This document shows, one piece after another, positions 37,399 through 51,500 of a stretch of 64,000 nucleotides of DNA (position 1 is the first letter of the stretch; each line of letters starts with the position of its first letter). Origin of the DNA: Balanoglossus misakiensis (Eukaryota > Animalia > Hemichordata); assembly GCA_040954595.2 (NCBI GenBank), contig CM082586.2, forward strand, positions 7,843,337 to 7,907,336, written 5' to 3'. Made by a program: the position numbers and the translations under genes. Under the pieces are notes generated by a model that had not been told where the DNA came from, did no database searches, and saw only the letters and a list, made by a program, of their open reading frames with translations.

Positions 37399-37989
37399 TT
37401 AATTATATTATATCTTGCTACCGTCCGCAATTCTGATTGGACGAGAGCTCAGTCCAGCGATGCTAAAATTAAGCAATAATGCACTGCTGGCAGTGCTAAA
37501 ACGGGCCCCTGAACTAGCATACGACAGCAAAAATGTGCGGTTAAACCACAGTCGCGCGTGTTTAAACCAAATAAATAAAACAAAAATACTGTTGAATTAA
37601 CGGACGTTTTATTTTGGAATTGCTCTGTGGAAATATTTGTCACTTTGCCACGCGCGATGCCCGTCTTGTCAATTTTTTGTCGTCTGCTTCATGTTTAATA
37701 CTCGATCCCGGCTGGATCCCGGCCGCTCGTGTTTACATTCATCGTCGCCATGTTGGTTCACGATCGTAATTTCTCTTTCTGACGCCGTTTCGGTAAGAAA
37801 ATGACACTGATATGCCACAAAAACAATTGTTGATATAACATAATAGCAATAACCCCCGCCTCAGTCGGGTATACACTCGATTTGGGTACAATTCGCTCCT
37901 TATAGCACTCGCCTGACGGTTCGTGCTATATGTCTCGAATTGTACCCAAATCTCGCGTATACCCGTCTGCGGTGGGGGTTATTGCTTAA
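37399..37989. mobile_element. Non-autonomous element with terminal palindrome (CryptonV-like); related copies at about 23485-23615, 59333-59855 and 61568-61995
   Basis: Starts ttaattatatta..attctgattggacgagagc and ends in the hairpin agcaataacccc..gatttgggtacaattcg..cgaattgtacccaaatc..ggggttattgcttaa. Confidence 0.55.
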
Positions 37990-38638
37990 CTATATAGTAC
38001 TCACTCACCAATGTGGAAGGACGGACGGACGGACAAATGAACGAACGAATGAATGAAGCCCTACACGTTGACATACGGGACATCCCTCACGCACTGAAGG
38101 CATCCATAAAACGTGGCAGCCGTATGTTCTCCCAAGCAGAGAGTGAATACAAAGAGTGGGATGTCGCCCACCATTCCAAAGCATTGTTTCATGTCTGACT
38201 TAATATTTTATCTTGAGCCAGGTTATCGAAACTCCACTCTATCACTATTGTTCACAAAGAGGGGCATAACATGGATATGAATATCCATGCATAACGCTTG
38301 TCCTACACCCACGGTGGTCTTTGATATCACTTTGTAACATAAAGCCAGACTCAATCGTTACGATAACGGCCACAATTCAACTGGTGAAGATTTATCCCAA
38401 ATTATTAGTCCCATAGAATGATATTTATTCACAGAATTTTGACACAGCATGGAAAGAATATCACATATATTGTCAATACAAGTAATGGTGACTTCACTTA
38501 TGCGTGGTGCCCACATGATTAATTACCCCAACAAACAAAAGGTGAAATATTAAGTCATGCTGTCATACGCAAGTATCTCAGTGGGCGATGATCTCTCATC
38601 CGATCACATACCTCTCAATCAGATGAAGAAAGGACATC

Positions 38639-38644
38639 TATAAA
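38639..38644 (+). promoter_or_regulatory. TATA box of micro-exon gene copy 2 (equivalent at 48518-48523 for copy 3)
   Basis: TATAAA 60 bp upstream of caacATGATG in both paralogs. Confidence 0.6.
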
Positions 38645-38698
38645 TTGCGACCACCTGTAGATGTTCACTAGAATTGTACACCGAGATAATCAACCAAC

Positions 38699-41430
38699 AT
38701 GATGAAGGTATTATTGCTGACGATTATCCTCGCTTGTGTGTGTGTTGTTCAGCCATCATCTCTCCATGAAGAGCAGACAGCCAACATTGAACATCCTGGT
38801 AAGCTATCAACATATGATATTCATCAGAACTTTTGACACATCTTTTGACTATCTTTCTGTCGAATCATTTCCTGAGTTCATCTTAACGTGCAGACAAGGT
38901 TCGAGCATCCATTAAGAAGACGCATAACTCTATATCTTTCGGACTATGCACCAACGTACAGCATCTGGTGCACAAAAACTTTCCACGAGCTCGGCCATTA
39001 CACCGTGACGTGACACCAACATGTCTTGTACACTCTACACGATAAATCACACATAAAGGTGTTAGGAACTAACAAAATATCTCAATACACTGTCAACTAA
39101 CATAGACAGTATTGATGGGTACAGTCTGTGTTGCATTAAAGTCTTACACAGGTGGTGATATATATTTTGCATTATGTTTGTATCTGTTTTCCCGCTTGTA
39201 ATATAGTTTTTTATTTATTTATTTTTCAAAATAGATGCATCCGAATTAAAAGGGTATGGAAAAGATCACGTTGCAAGAACAAGTAAAGGTAAAGTGATAA
39301 TGATTGCTCTGTATTAAATTGAGATTAGTGGTTTCTTTCATTCATCACCATCAGTTATTTAAAGGTATACGGTCACCTCCAATTTACATACGTCCATATA
39401 TGTCAGAAATGCCGTATTTGTGTGTTCTTAAGAACATATGGTGGCGCTCTTTTTTCGCGTGTGCCACCCACTGAAAATCTGTGATTGGCTAGATCTCAAT
39501 TTGTCATGGTTACTATAGCTATATTTGCATAGGTGACCGTATACCTTTAATCAGTTAATATTCAAATTAATTGTAAACACCTGACTTCAACAATATAGTA
39601 AACGTTCAAGTTTTATTCGTATGACACTACACACTGTCAAACTCTTGCATACAGCCATGGTGTAAAGCGTTTCATATTTGATGACATATGCTCCCAGACT
39701 GGGCTATGGTTGTTGTAAAAAGTGGTAACAGTTCATGTTATCAACAAACTAAGAGATTTGTGTACACACCACAGTGCTGCTCGCGCACGCGTAATATGTG
39801 TTTGATAATTTGCTTGCAAAGAAAGCTACCGAAGACCGTTGCACACGAATGAAATTTGCTAAGCAAAATTCCTCTGACTTTTTGCACAGCTTATTTCTCT
39901 TGTGTGCACAGCCTTAAATTTGACATTAATGTCGTGATTTTAGTTAAATATAGACTTTTTTAGCTGATATAAACAATATTACATATATGGCAAGTTTATT
40001 ACATAACGGGGTAACATGTGGACGTCTTTGCATGCAAAATATGTGTATCTTGGTCTGTTTCTTACAAATATCCTGTTATTCTCTTTCTGTCCAGATGAGT
40101 GGAATACAGGTAAGTACACAGTTATGTATGTATGTATGTATGTATGTACCGGGGGTATGTATGTATGAATGGATGGATGGATGGATGGACGGACGGATTG
40201 ATGGATGTATGGATGGATGTATGGTTGTATGTACGTGAATGATAAATTTTCGTGATCTACACAAGAGCCAAAAAATAATCATGATAATAAATAGTCCCAA
40301 AAGAACAGTGTCTACCAAAACAATAGAATATTAATCAGAGATAAAGAGAACTGAAAATTAATCGTCCCGAAATAGTTGCCTCTGTTGATGTCCAGAAAAT
40401 TTCCTGTCATGAAAATTCCCATTTTACAATATGGATGGATGTGTGTACAAATAGTTACCTCAAATACGACAACCGCAAATACCAAAACACATGTGAAGGG
40501 ACCATACAAAAACAATTAATGATATAACATACACTAACATTGCAATGGTTATATTTAAAAAAACAGCAAGACAACATCAATCCGAAACAAATCAAATGCA
40601 GTCGACAAAACAGCTGGCCAAGTCGACCAAAATATAGCATTGCATTCACCTTGGTGTCGGACATAAATACCTCATTCTCAGTCAATACATGTGAATTGAC
40701 AATGAAACTCAACACCAGCTTATGAATCATTTGCAGCAGCAGGCCAAATAAAAAATACGTTCTGTTCCGATTACCCAACCTTCCCCAATTTTAGCCAGCC
40801 GACTCGGAACTTTTAGAGCTTCCTAATCCGGAAGTAAAAATAACCATGTCAAATATACAAAATTTATTAAAATTGCGAGAATCACGCAAGGACTATGACA
40901 CCATTCTTCTACACTACGGTGGCCAAGTATTTTTAAAAAATTGCAAAATAAAAAGTCCCCACCTACCTATCCTATTTTTAAAAAACATGCAATCGGAACA
41001 GCACCCATTTTTTTTATTTGGCCTCAGCAGAAAGTGAAGTGGCATTAATTCTTGTTGTATTTATCTTTTTCTCACCAGATTGGGGTGGTAAGTATTGAAA
41101 GGCTTTTCCATGATGGACGGATAGATACATGAATGGATGGTTGGGTGGATGGATGGATGGATGGATGCACGGAGTAAAACAATATCAATACATTTGCATG
41201 TCCCCACAGAGAATGTGGATGTCTGGGCAGGCGAAATATACATTTCTTGGTCTATTATTTATAAATGTTATTATGCTCTTTGTTTCCAGATGAGTGGAAC
41301 AAAGGTAAGTCTTATTCTGCACAGTTATGTTTGTATGTACCGTAGTTATGTATGTATGTACCGTAGTTATGTATGTATGTATGTATGTATGTATGTATGT
41401 ATGTATGTATGTATGTACATTGTATGTATG

Positions 41431-41464
<34 letters not shown>

Positions 41465-42174
41465 GGTAAAGTTAATCATTCACCTCAATCACAATTTCTC
41501 TGAAGAGCTGATGATTATGTTTATCAAAATACACCAATGACGTCGTAAACATGATATAATTGACTCAAAGTGATATTTGTGAAGTACATATGTGTATAAT
41601 TTTATGAAAATGCACACACAGATGGATTATTTTGGCATCCTATTACAATATAGGCACATACATTTCAATAATGTATTTGTTGCGGTATATAAAGAATACC
41701 CTTGTCATTTCTTGTTCAGTTTGAACGGCGTACCTTGTTCTGGGCACTAACCACTTATACAGAAATTACACTGTCCATTTTGGAGACACTCTACACAATT
41801 GACGTAATCTATATAAAACAAGATATATGGTTATTTTGCAGTATCATTTAAGAAACTGAAATGCCCATAAATTCTGCTAAACATTTGTCAACATACATCT
41901 GCAACAAAAATTAACCACAAAACACTGAAAAGGGTGAGGAGCATCGGACTTTTTCGTAGTGTTTTGGCGAATTGTCCAATACATGCAGCTTGGTGGGGGT
42001 CCAAGATAGTTGGAAGAGCCAAGCTAATGAAATGATGATCATGTTTTATTTTGTTGTCAAATGTAAAGTACTATCAGTTAGCACGTATTGAAATGAACAC
42101 TAGCTTACATTTGCATGCGCAGAAATTCTTATTTTGTCACGTTCTTCTCTTTCTTTCCAGTTTTTTGGTTATAA
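38699..42174 (+). CDS. Micro-exon secreted peptide precursor, copy 2 (68 aa); join 38699..38798, 39235..39288, 40095..40109, 41079..41087, 41290..41304, 42161..42174; terminal exon from 42801
   Basis: [68 protein letters not shown]. Every exon has a YAG acceptor and a GT donor. Internal exons are 54, 15, 9 and 15 nt, all phase 1. Confidence 0.8.
39363..39546. mobile_element. Short Kolobok-type MITE (AGGTATACGGTCACCT TIR, TTAA TSD); duplicated at about 49241-49402
   Basis: ttaa|aggtatacggtcacct ... aggtgaccgtatacct|ttaa. Confidence 0.75.
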
Positions 42175-43092
42175 GGTTTGTATTACTCTACTCAAACTTT
42201 CCTAATTTTCGAACATCTTATTGTTATTGTTTGGCTTGTTAAGACATAATCGTAATTAGTCAACTGTGAAGCGTAAGTTAAGCTCCATAGATAGCAGATA
42301 TGTACAATGTCATTAGATGGTCAATAATATATATGAGATGCTGAAGCAAGAAAACTCAATCGCTGATTGTACAAACTCTTAAAGGTAACATGTCACAGCG
42401 CAGGTATCTCATGATACTTTCTTAATTACCTTAGCAACGGTTTGCTGGCCAATCAGAACAAGCGAAACTATATAAAACCATAATACTGGTAGATGTAGAG
42501 TTTAACGGAAATTGTAATTTTGCGCCTTATCACATGTGCTGGTTGTCCTGTGCCACATGAGAATGTCCATCTAAAATGCCTTGACATGTCATATCTTGCA
42601 AGGTCTCGGGGAGTTTGGAATATGGTCTACTAGGATTTGACGTTAGTAAAAAAATGTTGGTGTGTGTGTGACAAATACCAATAATTTGTCACATCAATGT
42701 TATGTCAATTTTCAATTTCAATACTGGGTAACTCAGAAGCATTATAGCATTGTATTTTTTCAGCGAACATATTTTGAGTGTAAACCTTGATTTCTTTCAG
42801 GCGAATTGCTACATATGGGACTGAGTTTGAATAAAGGACACCGGTGACAGCAACAAGCACAATGGCATTAATGAAATGGAGTCAAATTACTCGTGTATTC
42901 TATCTAGCTCTGCTAGTATCATTCAAACGAGTCATGTATCAGTTTCATTGTTGATTAAGAATTCTAGGCTACTGTATACATTTTAGTGTTTTCTTTTAGC
43001 ATTTGTGTAATCATCCTTTTTGTGTTGAAACTAATCAAGTAATAAACAGGTAATGCATCATCAATATTGTTTATTCAGTCTATATTTAAATA

Positions 43093-43410
43093 TAGCTGCA
43101 AGCAGCAATGGCGGGGCCCAAGCTAGAATGGTCATCTGAGGTCACCTGATATTTGGGCAAAAACAATTGTCCCCATACTGGTCCAGGTCCATCAGAAACC
43201 AAACCTTCAGCCCTATCAGTTCACCTGGATGTAGGTATGCCCATAATTAATTAGTTAAGCAGTTGTACAGGTGACCTCAAAATTTGGCTTTTCATTTTAG
43301 TCCCATCCCTCCAAATGCCAAGGCTGTACATGCTCTGGAGGAGAAGAAGAAGTAGAAGAAAAACCCAGTAATACCAATAGGGCACAAGCCTGTGGGGCTT
43401 GTGCCCTAAT
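43093..43410 (+). mobile_element. Short Helentron/Helitron2-like non-autonomous element
   Basis: 5' agctgcaagcagca..ggggcccaagc; 3' hairpin tagggcacaagcc..ggcttgtgcccta. It interrupts sequence that is continuous in the paralogous region at about 26160-26200. Confidence 0.55.
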
Positions 43411-43639
43411 AATGCATAAACGACTGGCATACGAGGCTAAGGAGCGTTTGTTGGCAGTGTGTATCTCTTAAAATGGCACTGAGCATACAAGCTTCCACGC
43501 CAAGAAAATTATTGATTGTACTCTTTCCTGCGAATTGAAGTAATAAAACAGTATGGTATATACTGCCCAGATAAGTCAGGATTTTTTGTGATACTGTGCA
43601 GTTGATTGTTGATTGCTCTCGGCCCTTGTAAATTTGAGT

Positions 43640-44165
43640 TCCTATAGCGGGGACAGATAGATTTTCTCCCACTGATTCTATTTGGCAATATCGTTGTTTT
43701 GAAAATTTCCTTGCAATGATTACAGACAAACAAATTTTGAAATTTCGACACAGCATTTTTATATATAGCGACATCGTTGAAGCCTGATATCAAAATGTGG
43801 AAGGGGTCTTGTCTAAAAGTTAAGGTACTCAATTGTTGCCTTTGATTTAAATGTTTGACGTGTATTCTCCAGTGCCCCTAGAAATTTTGTATCTCTCTGA
43901 CGCATGACCTTCTTAAGGAATACACAAACATCTACAGTACAATTCCATGTAGTCAACTTAAAAACAAACTGGCAGCCTCGCTAGAGCTGGCTGTGAGAAG
44001 AAGACCTTTCTCGCCATGTTTATGTAACTGTTCTTTAATTACATGGCACAATACAAAAGTCTTTCCAGAGCCAGCTCGACTGGTAATACAAGTATTCGCA
44101 TTATTTCCTGTGTTCTTTATCACCTGTTTCTCATCTGTCAATTCAGACATATTTCCCCTCAACAA
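43640..44165 (-). pseudogene. Degraded PIF1-like helicase fragment
   Basis: CITSRAGSGKTFVL (degenerate Walker A), LLLTASSSEAASL (motif Ia) and, in another frame, LKKVMRQRD.KF (motif IV). Confidence 0.6.
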
Positions 44166-44187
44166 AAATAACAATAAATACAATTAA

Positions 44188-45527
44188 AGCTGAAAGCAGC
44201 ATTGTCGGGGCCCAAGCTCTATTATCGGATCTGATTATTAGATATGCACATAATTAATAAGTAGAAACATAATGCTGTGTTTTATCCCATGAAATATCAA
44301 GGTTATATCTATGTTTGGTGCTGATATAGTGTTAAGTAGGTCAAAGGTCACCCAGGGGTCACCCACAATTTGGGCAGAAAATTTTGACCCATAGTAGTTC
44401 ATGTCCAACAAAAACCAGACCTCTAGCCCTTTTGGTTAGTCCAGAATTAGGTATGCACATAAATAATGAGTTAAGCAGGTGTCACAGGTGACCCAAAACT
44501 TTGGCTTTTCATTATGGCCCATACCTCCGAACGCCAAGGCTGTATCTGCTGTGGATGTCGAGATATGCAAAAGTAGGTCAAAGGTCACCAGAGGTCACCC
44601 AACATTTGGGCAAAAAATTTTGATCCCATACTGGTCCATGTCCAACAAAAACCAAACCTCTAGCTCTATTGGTTCGCCTGTAATTAGCTATGCACATAAT
44701 TAATGAGGTCAGCAGAGGTCAAAGGGGTCTTGAAAAGTAGCAAAATATTTCGATCACACACTAAATCCACATGCATCAAAAACCAAACGTCTAGCCCTAT
44801 AGGTTAGCCAGAAATTAGGTATGCAGAAATAATAACACATGAAAAGTAGGTCAAAGGTCACGCGAAAAAAATCGCCAAAAATTTGTTACATATTTTAGTC
44901 ACATGACGATTGATATCCATCAAAAGAATTTGTATGCTATCAATTTTTAGACTAGGATAAGGAATTTAAATTTTTCACTGCTTTTTACAAAATCCAATAT
45001 GGCCGCCATAATGTTCGACCAATCACAATGATCTTCGCAAACTTGATAGACATCAGATAGGTGACCACATACCCCAAACAAACCCTGTGTCTCGGTTATC
45101 ACCGTTTCTGGAGAAGAAGATTTTGGAAATTTAAGCCGGATTTCAGAAAAAAATTGTAGCAAAAAAACTGCAACATTGACAGCAAAATATCCAATTACAA
45201 AAATAATGGGTAGAAGGTAGACTACCTGCACACCAAATTTGAAGTCGATCTGACTTGTAGTTTCTGAGATCTGAGATTTGCATTTTTTCAGAAAATCCAA
45301 TATGGCCGCCAGGTCACGGGACTAATTAAAAATTCACAGGTTCAATGCACATCTACTAATTGACCTTGACCACTGTAGCAAGTTTGAGAAGTGTACCTGC
45401 AGCAGTGTCTGAGATCTAGAGCGACAAAGAATTGACACAAGAAAAAAGAAAGAAAGAAAGAAAGAAAGAATTCCAACAAAACCAAGAGGGGCCCAAGCCA
45501 AGCCAGGCTTGGGCCCCTCTTGGTTTC
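44188..45527 (+). mobile_element. Helentron/Helitron2-like non-autonomous element
   Basis: Same 5' motif as 43093, internal diverged repeats, (aaag)n tract, and terminal hairpin aaaccaagaggggcccaagcc..ggcttgggcccctcttggttt. Confidence 0.55.
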
Positions 45528-46472
45528 GTTGAAATTTTAAAAATGGTCAAACCTCAAAATGGTCAAACCTCAAAAACTATGAACACCCTGTCAAACTGCT
45601 CATCAGAGATCGCCTTGTAAATGTAACTGGGAAGATTTACCTTAAAATTATGTTATTAAAAATGAATAGCCAAACATTAGTCTTCTCTGTAATGTATACC
45701 ACTTATTCTGATTTTCCAGTGATTCTCTTCGTCATTTGTTGCCAAATAGTGGTGGGTTGAAAATGCGTTTCATATCTATAAGTCTGCATCACGTACGTAC
45801 GTACGTACAGACAAGTCGCGCACATGCCTGAGTCCACAAGGTAGTGTGAAACGAAAACGAACGTTGGTTACGTCGCATTTACTGCTTAGGAGGCAGTCGT
45901 ACCGATGTACGGTGTGGTATACGTTAATACTGGATTGTTTGTTACTCGATTTGGTGTATAGAAAACTCGCATTTCAGGTCCCGCAAAGTTAAGTGAGCCA
46001 ACCCTTCATGAGATGGGTTAATATGCACATGAATTGTCAAGTAAAGTCTTACAAAGTAGTGATTTGCCCACTAGCAAAGGTAAAAATTTATATCCATCTT
46101 TTACCGCTTCTCTGGTTTAGTTATTGTGAAATTGCTTTGAAGTCATGTGAGCTGCAACTTTTGGAACAATTATCATAAAACTCAACACTAACATTAGCCC
46201 ATACAGATAAATAATAAAGCTTTGTCGTAAGCAAATATTGTTGACACCATGGGAAAATGCAAAAGACAATGAAAATGTTGCATGTGAAACTACATAAAAC
46301 TGTACTGATTTTTTTTCAATTCTTTAGTCATTTAAACAAATAATGCTGTCATGACATAGTATCAGATAATATCACTTAATGGATAAAATTAAAAGCCTTT
46401 CGGTGGTTATTAGAGATGTTTTAAGTTTAAATTTTATAAAGTTGCAGCTAATGGCGCCGAAAGTTGATATTA

Positions 46473-47378
46473 GGGACCGTTCAGTTTTTACGGCCGGGGG
46501 GGGGGGGGGGGGGGGGTCATCTGGTTTTTTTAAACGTTTAGGGGGGGGGGGGTCACATACTTTTGCCACCGAACTTTTGCTTTTGTGTCCACAAAATTGC
46601 AGTTTCGCACCCTTTATTTTACAAAATTTTCTAATGTGGGAGGGGGACACCCCCTCCCCCTGCATTCTCCGCCACATTTCATTTTGGCTGGTTTGTCTAG
46701 TGTACCAGGGCAGAGTGCTTGCCACCCCAACCCCACCGATGATAATATTTAACAAAGTGAATACATAAAGGAGAATAATTGTTTAAACCATTTTGCATAA
46801 CTGATAGTTTCGCGCTGCATCTTCTATATACTAGAAGTTTTATAAATGATGTCATGACAAGATGACGCCAAATCTTCTAACTTTGAGTGGAGTGGCAAAA
46901 AGTAAAATTGGTCCTCCCAAACTTTGAGATAATTTGCTTTTGAGTTCATTAAAATGCAACTTTGCGCTTCATATTTTACAAAATATTCTTATGTGGGAGG
47001 GGGACACCCCCTCCCATGCCCACCCCTGCCACTTTTCTTGTTTTAACGATTCTAGCAACTATTGTATTGACTTGTCATTTTAATTTGTCCATAGATTTCT
47101 TTATTGCAACGATATACTATTATATACTTCAATAATACTTTAAGAAATATATAATTGAGGTGTGAGGAGCCTCATTCCCTTTATTGCATACAGTGTACAT
47201 AGGATCAGGACGGCGAATGTTTTGGGCGTGGGTCATCATATTTTTGGGTCTGTCAAAGGGGGGGGGGTCATCATTTTTTGGTCCTGGGTGAAGGGGGAGT
47301 CGGCCTGATTTTGAGAACCAATGACACAAACTTGCCGCCGCCCCCCCCCCCCCCTGCCGTAAAAAACTGAACGGTCCC
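46473..47378. mobile_element. PIF/Harbinger-type MITE (GGGACCGTTCAGTTTTTACGGC TIR, TTA TSD)
   Basis: tta|gggaccgttcagtttttacggc ... gccgtaaaaaactgaacggtccc|tta. Confidence 0.85.
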
Positions 47379-48577
47379 TTACTGTGGTTGGCAATTGTGG
47401 ACGTGTACAGCAAATTGAGCCATCGGCTTAGGGTGATTTTTACTTCATGCGCATGACCACCGATGCATTCAGGCGAAGGCTGATCAATTTTTTCCTCGCA
47501 GGTGACATCGACTATGTACCATGGATAGCACCCATAGACGAAAATAAATCAAGGTTGAATTTCAAACACATTAACCATACACACACACAAAAATACAGTA
47601 CACTGGGCATTTAGAGACGACGTAATTTCAGTGTATGATTGAGGTATGATGACTGGAAAGGTATGGAACAGAATGCCCCAAATTCACATCCCTTAAAGGT
47701 ATATGGTCATCATTTCCTAACTGTTACACTGGAAAATACAAATATAGCCAATCACAAATGCCCAATGGCACCCGCGATAAAACATGGTCATTTGGACACT
47801 AGGTCACGCGATTTTGACCATAAAAAGGCATGTGTGTATTAGAGGTGACCGTATATCTTTAACTGCTCAGTCACTAATGTGGAAGGACGGACGGACGGAA
47901 GGACGAATGAACGAATGTATGAATGAATGTAGCCTTTACACGTTGACATATGGGACATGCTTTCACTCAATGAAAGGAACTATAAAACGTGGCAGCCATA
48001 TGTTCTCCCAAGCAGAGAGTGAATACAAAGAGTGGGATGTCGCCCACCATTCCAAAGCATTGTTTCATGTCTGACTTAATATTTTATCCTGTGCCACGTT
48101 ATCGAAACTCCACTCTATCACTATTGTTCACAAAGCGGGGGCATAACATGGATATGAATATCCATGCATAACGCTTGTCCTACACCCACGGTGGTCTTTG
48201 ATATCACTTTGTAACATAAAGCCAGACTCAATCGTTACGATAACGGCCACAATTCAACTGGTGAAGATTTATCCCAAATTATTAGTCCCATAGAATGATA
48301 TTTATTCACAGAATTTTGACACAGCATGGAAAGAATATCACATATATTGTCAATACAAGTATTATGGTGACTTCACTTGTGTGTGGTGCCCACATAATTA
48401 ATTACCCCAACAAACAAAAGGTGAAATATTAAGTCATGCTGTCATACGCAAGTATCTCAGTGGGCGATGATCTCTCATCCGATCACATACCTCTCAATCA
48501 GATGAAGAAAGGACATCTATAAATTGCGACCACCTGTAGATGTTCACTAGAATCCTACACCGAGATAATCAACCAAC

Positions 48578-51500
48578 ATGATGAAGGTATTATTGCTGTC
48601 GATTATCCTCGCTTGTGTGTGTGTTGTTTGGCCATCATCTCTCCCTGAAGAGAAGACAGTCTTCAGTGAACATCCTGGTAAGCTATCAACATATGATATT
48701 CATCAGAACTTCTGACACATCTTTTGACTATCTTTCTGTCGAATCATTTCCTGAGTTCATCTTAACGTGCAGACGAGGTTCGAGCATCCATTAAGAAGAC
48801 GCATAACTCTATATCTTTCGGACTATGCACCAACGTACAGCATCTGGTGCACAAAAACTTTCCACGAGCTCGGCCATTACACCGTGACGTGACACCAACA
48901 TGCCTTGTACACTCTACACGATAAATCACACATAAAGGTGTTAGGAACTAACAAAATATCTCAATACACTGTCAACTAACATGGACAGTATTGATGGGTA
49001 CAGTCTGTGTTGCATTAAAGTCTTACACAGGTGGTGATATATATTTTGCATTATGTTTGTATCTGTTTTCCTGCTTGTAATATAGTTTTTATTTATTTAT
49101 TTTTCAAAATAGATGCATCCGAATTAAAAGGGTATGGAAAAGATCACGTTGCAAGAACAAGTAAAGGTAAATTGATAATAATTGCTCTGTATTAAATTGA
49201 GATTAGTGGTTTCTTTCATTCATCAGCATCAGTTATTTAAAGGTATACGGTCACCTCCAATTTACATACGTCCATATATGTCAGAAATGCCGTATTTGTG
49301 TGTTCTTAAGAACATATGGTGGCGCTCTTTTTTCGCGTGATTGGCTAGATCTCAATTTGTCATGGTTACTATAGCTATATTTGCATAGGTGACCGTATAC
49401 ATTTAATCAGGGGATGAAAACTCAAATGAGTATTCAATCCGATCCCGGACAAGCCCCCAATTTGTTACAACCCGCAGGCCGTCCGAGCCAAAAATATGCG
49501 GAGAATAGAGAGGTCAATTTACCTGACCGGGTGGCTTGTTTTACACCCGAACCGACCAACAGGCCGCAGCAAAAGAAATGGTCAAAGACAGCACACGTAC
49601 AACAAACCAGTCTATCTACAGTGTTAATTTAATTACAGATACGAGTAAATTTCACAAATATGTTAACTAATATTTACAATAAAGTACAAACTAAACTAAC
49701 GAGCGTGACCAGGTAAACAAACAAAAAATCCCTACCACGTTCAAAGTCTCACCAACAGTTCGGCGTCTCGACGCACGACGATACTGGCGTTTCACTCAAC
49801 GCACAGCAATTCTGGCCTTTCTGTCCGTTTTACGCCGGGGTACAAAAAAGACAGCCACGTATAACCTCAAACTGCATATCCACCGTGTAGTCCACAGACA
49901 GCCACGTATTACCTCCAATGCAGTTCCAAAGTGACACGGAGACGCGCTCCCTCAGGACGGCTCCCAAATCCCACGCGGCGTTCTCGAAAACCTCCACCAC
50001 GACTTCACAAGTCCCTTCGACAGTGTCAATCCTCAGCTACCACAGTAGACAGGCACACTCCGTACAGTGGGCTCCCAAAACTCCGCGACAATGCGACGGC
50101 ACAGCTACCAGACCAGAATCAAAATGAGCCACACGACAACGTGGCACTGGGGTGTCTTTTATACGACCGAAACTAACACCTGGTCACGTTAATATGTTAA
50201 ATAAAGAAATTAACATAGGTGCACCTGGCCACGAAACAAAACAAAAAAGAAACTTCATCACATAGGATTCTGAAACTCTTGCATTCAGCCATGGTGTAAA
50301 GCGTTTCATATTTGATGACATATGCTCCCAGACTGGGCTATGGTTGTTATAAAAAGTGGTAACAGTTCATGTTATCAACAAACTAAGAGATTTGTGTACA
50401 CAACCACAGCGCTGCTCGCGCACGCGTAATACTAATAGTTACCAGATGAAGTTTCATGGAGGTCGCGGTCATGTCACATCTGCCTATTTATTAATTTATG
50501 GAGAGTCTCAGTTGGCTGCTTACAAGTGACCCGGCTGGGCTGTACTAAATATCGGCAGACACCCTAATTATCATAGATTATCAATTATTTGCACAGACAA
50601 TGACATATAATGTTCTACTTTTTTCTTTTCAGGCCAATGGGGTTGTGAGTATGGCATTCTTTTCATTTTGAAAGCATGGAGTGTGTGTGTGTGTGTATGT
50701 CTGTCTATCTGTACATGTATGTAGGTGTGTGTATGTTGATTTGTATGTGCCTCTACAAAGAGACAACCAATTGTATGCACAAAATCGGTGAAGATCTAAG
50801 ACGCAAATTATAACATGCAATAACAATATAATGTATATGAAAAGGGAGATCTTTCCTTTTGAACGCCAAAGTCAAGATAAGAACTTTATTTTCGGTCAAA
50901 TTTAAAATCGCACCTACATGTATCAATAAATATACACACTGACAGTAACACTAATTTCTACAGATTATAAATTAATTGAATCATCAGAAACTAGCAATAA
51001 TAATTGTTGTCATGATCTTCTCTTTTCACTTTGCATTGTTTGCATATTAGAAAGTCGCCTGTATGTATGTATGTTTATGTATACACATACATGTACATCT
51101 CTGATCACGAGGAGTATAGTAGGTATAGGCAAAACCAGTCATATGATTACAAAAGTATCTGTTTATTGGTCTTGACGAAAAGGAAACAAGGGTTTCAATC
51201 TCATCTTGTACATCCTTTCATCGGGTGACAACCGAATCATCCAGTTTTTAACCCGCAGCAGTTGCATACATGTAGATGTTTTTTTAACAAATATCACCCT
51301 CCAAACTTCAGGATATGTTTTAGAGTCCCATAATCAAGCCATAATACCATTGAAAATGGCAATGGGTCTGCTTGACAAAAATCCCATTCATACACAGATA
51401 TTTTACAACTGTTACAACTGCTTTTTTAATGCGTTGTTCAGTTTTATTCCTTTTCTCTCAGTGGAAGATGTTATCCATATGTCAGAGAACATGCAGCGAC

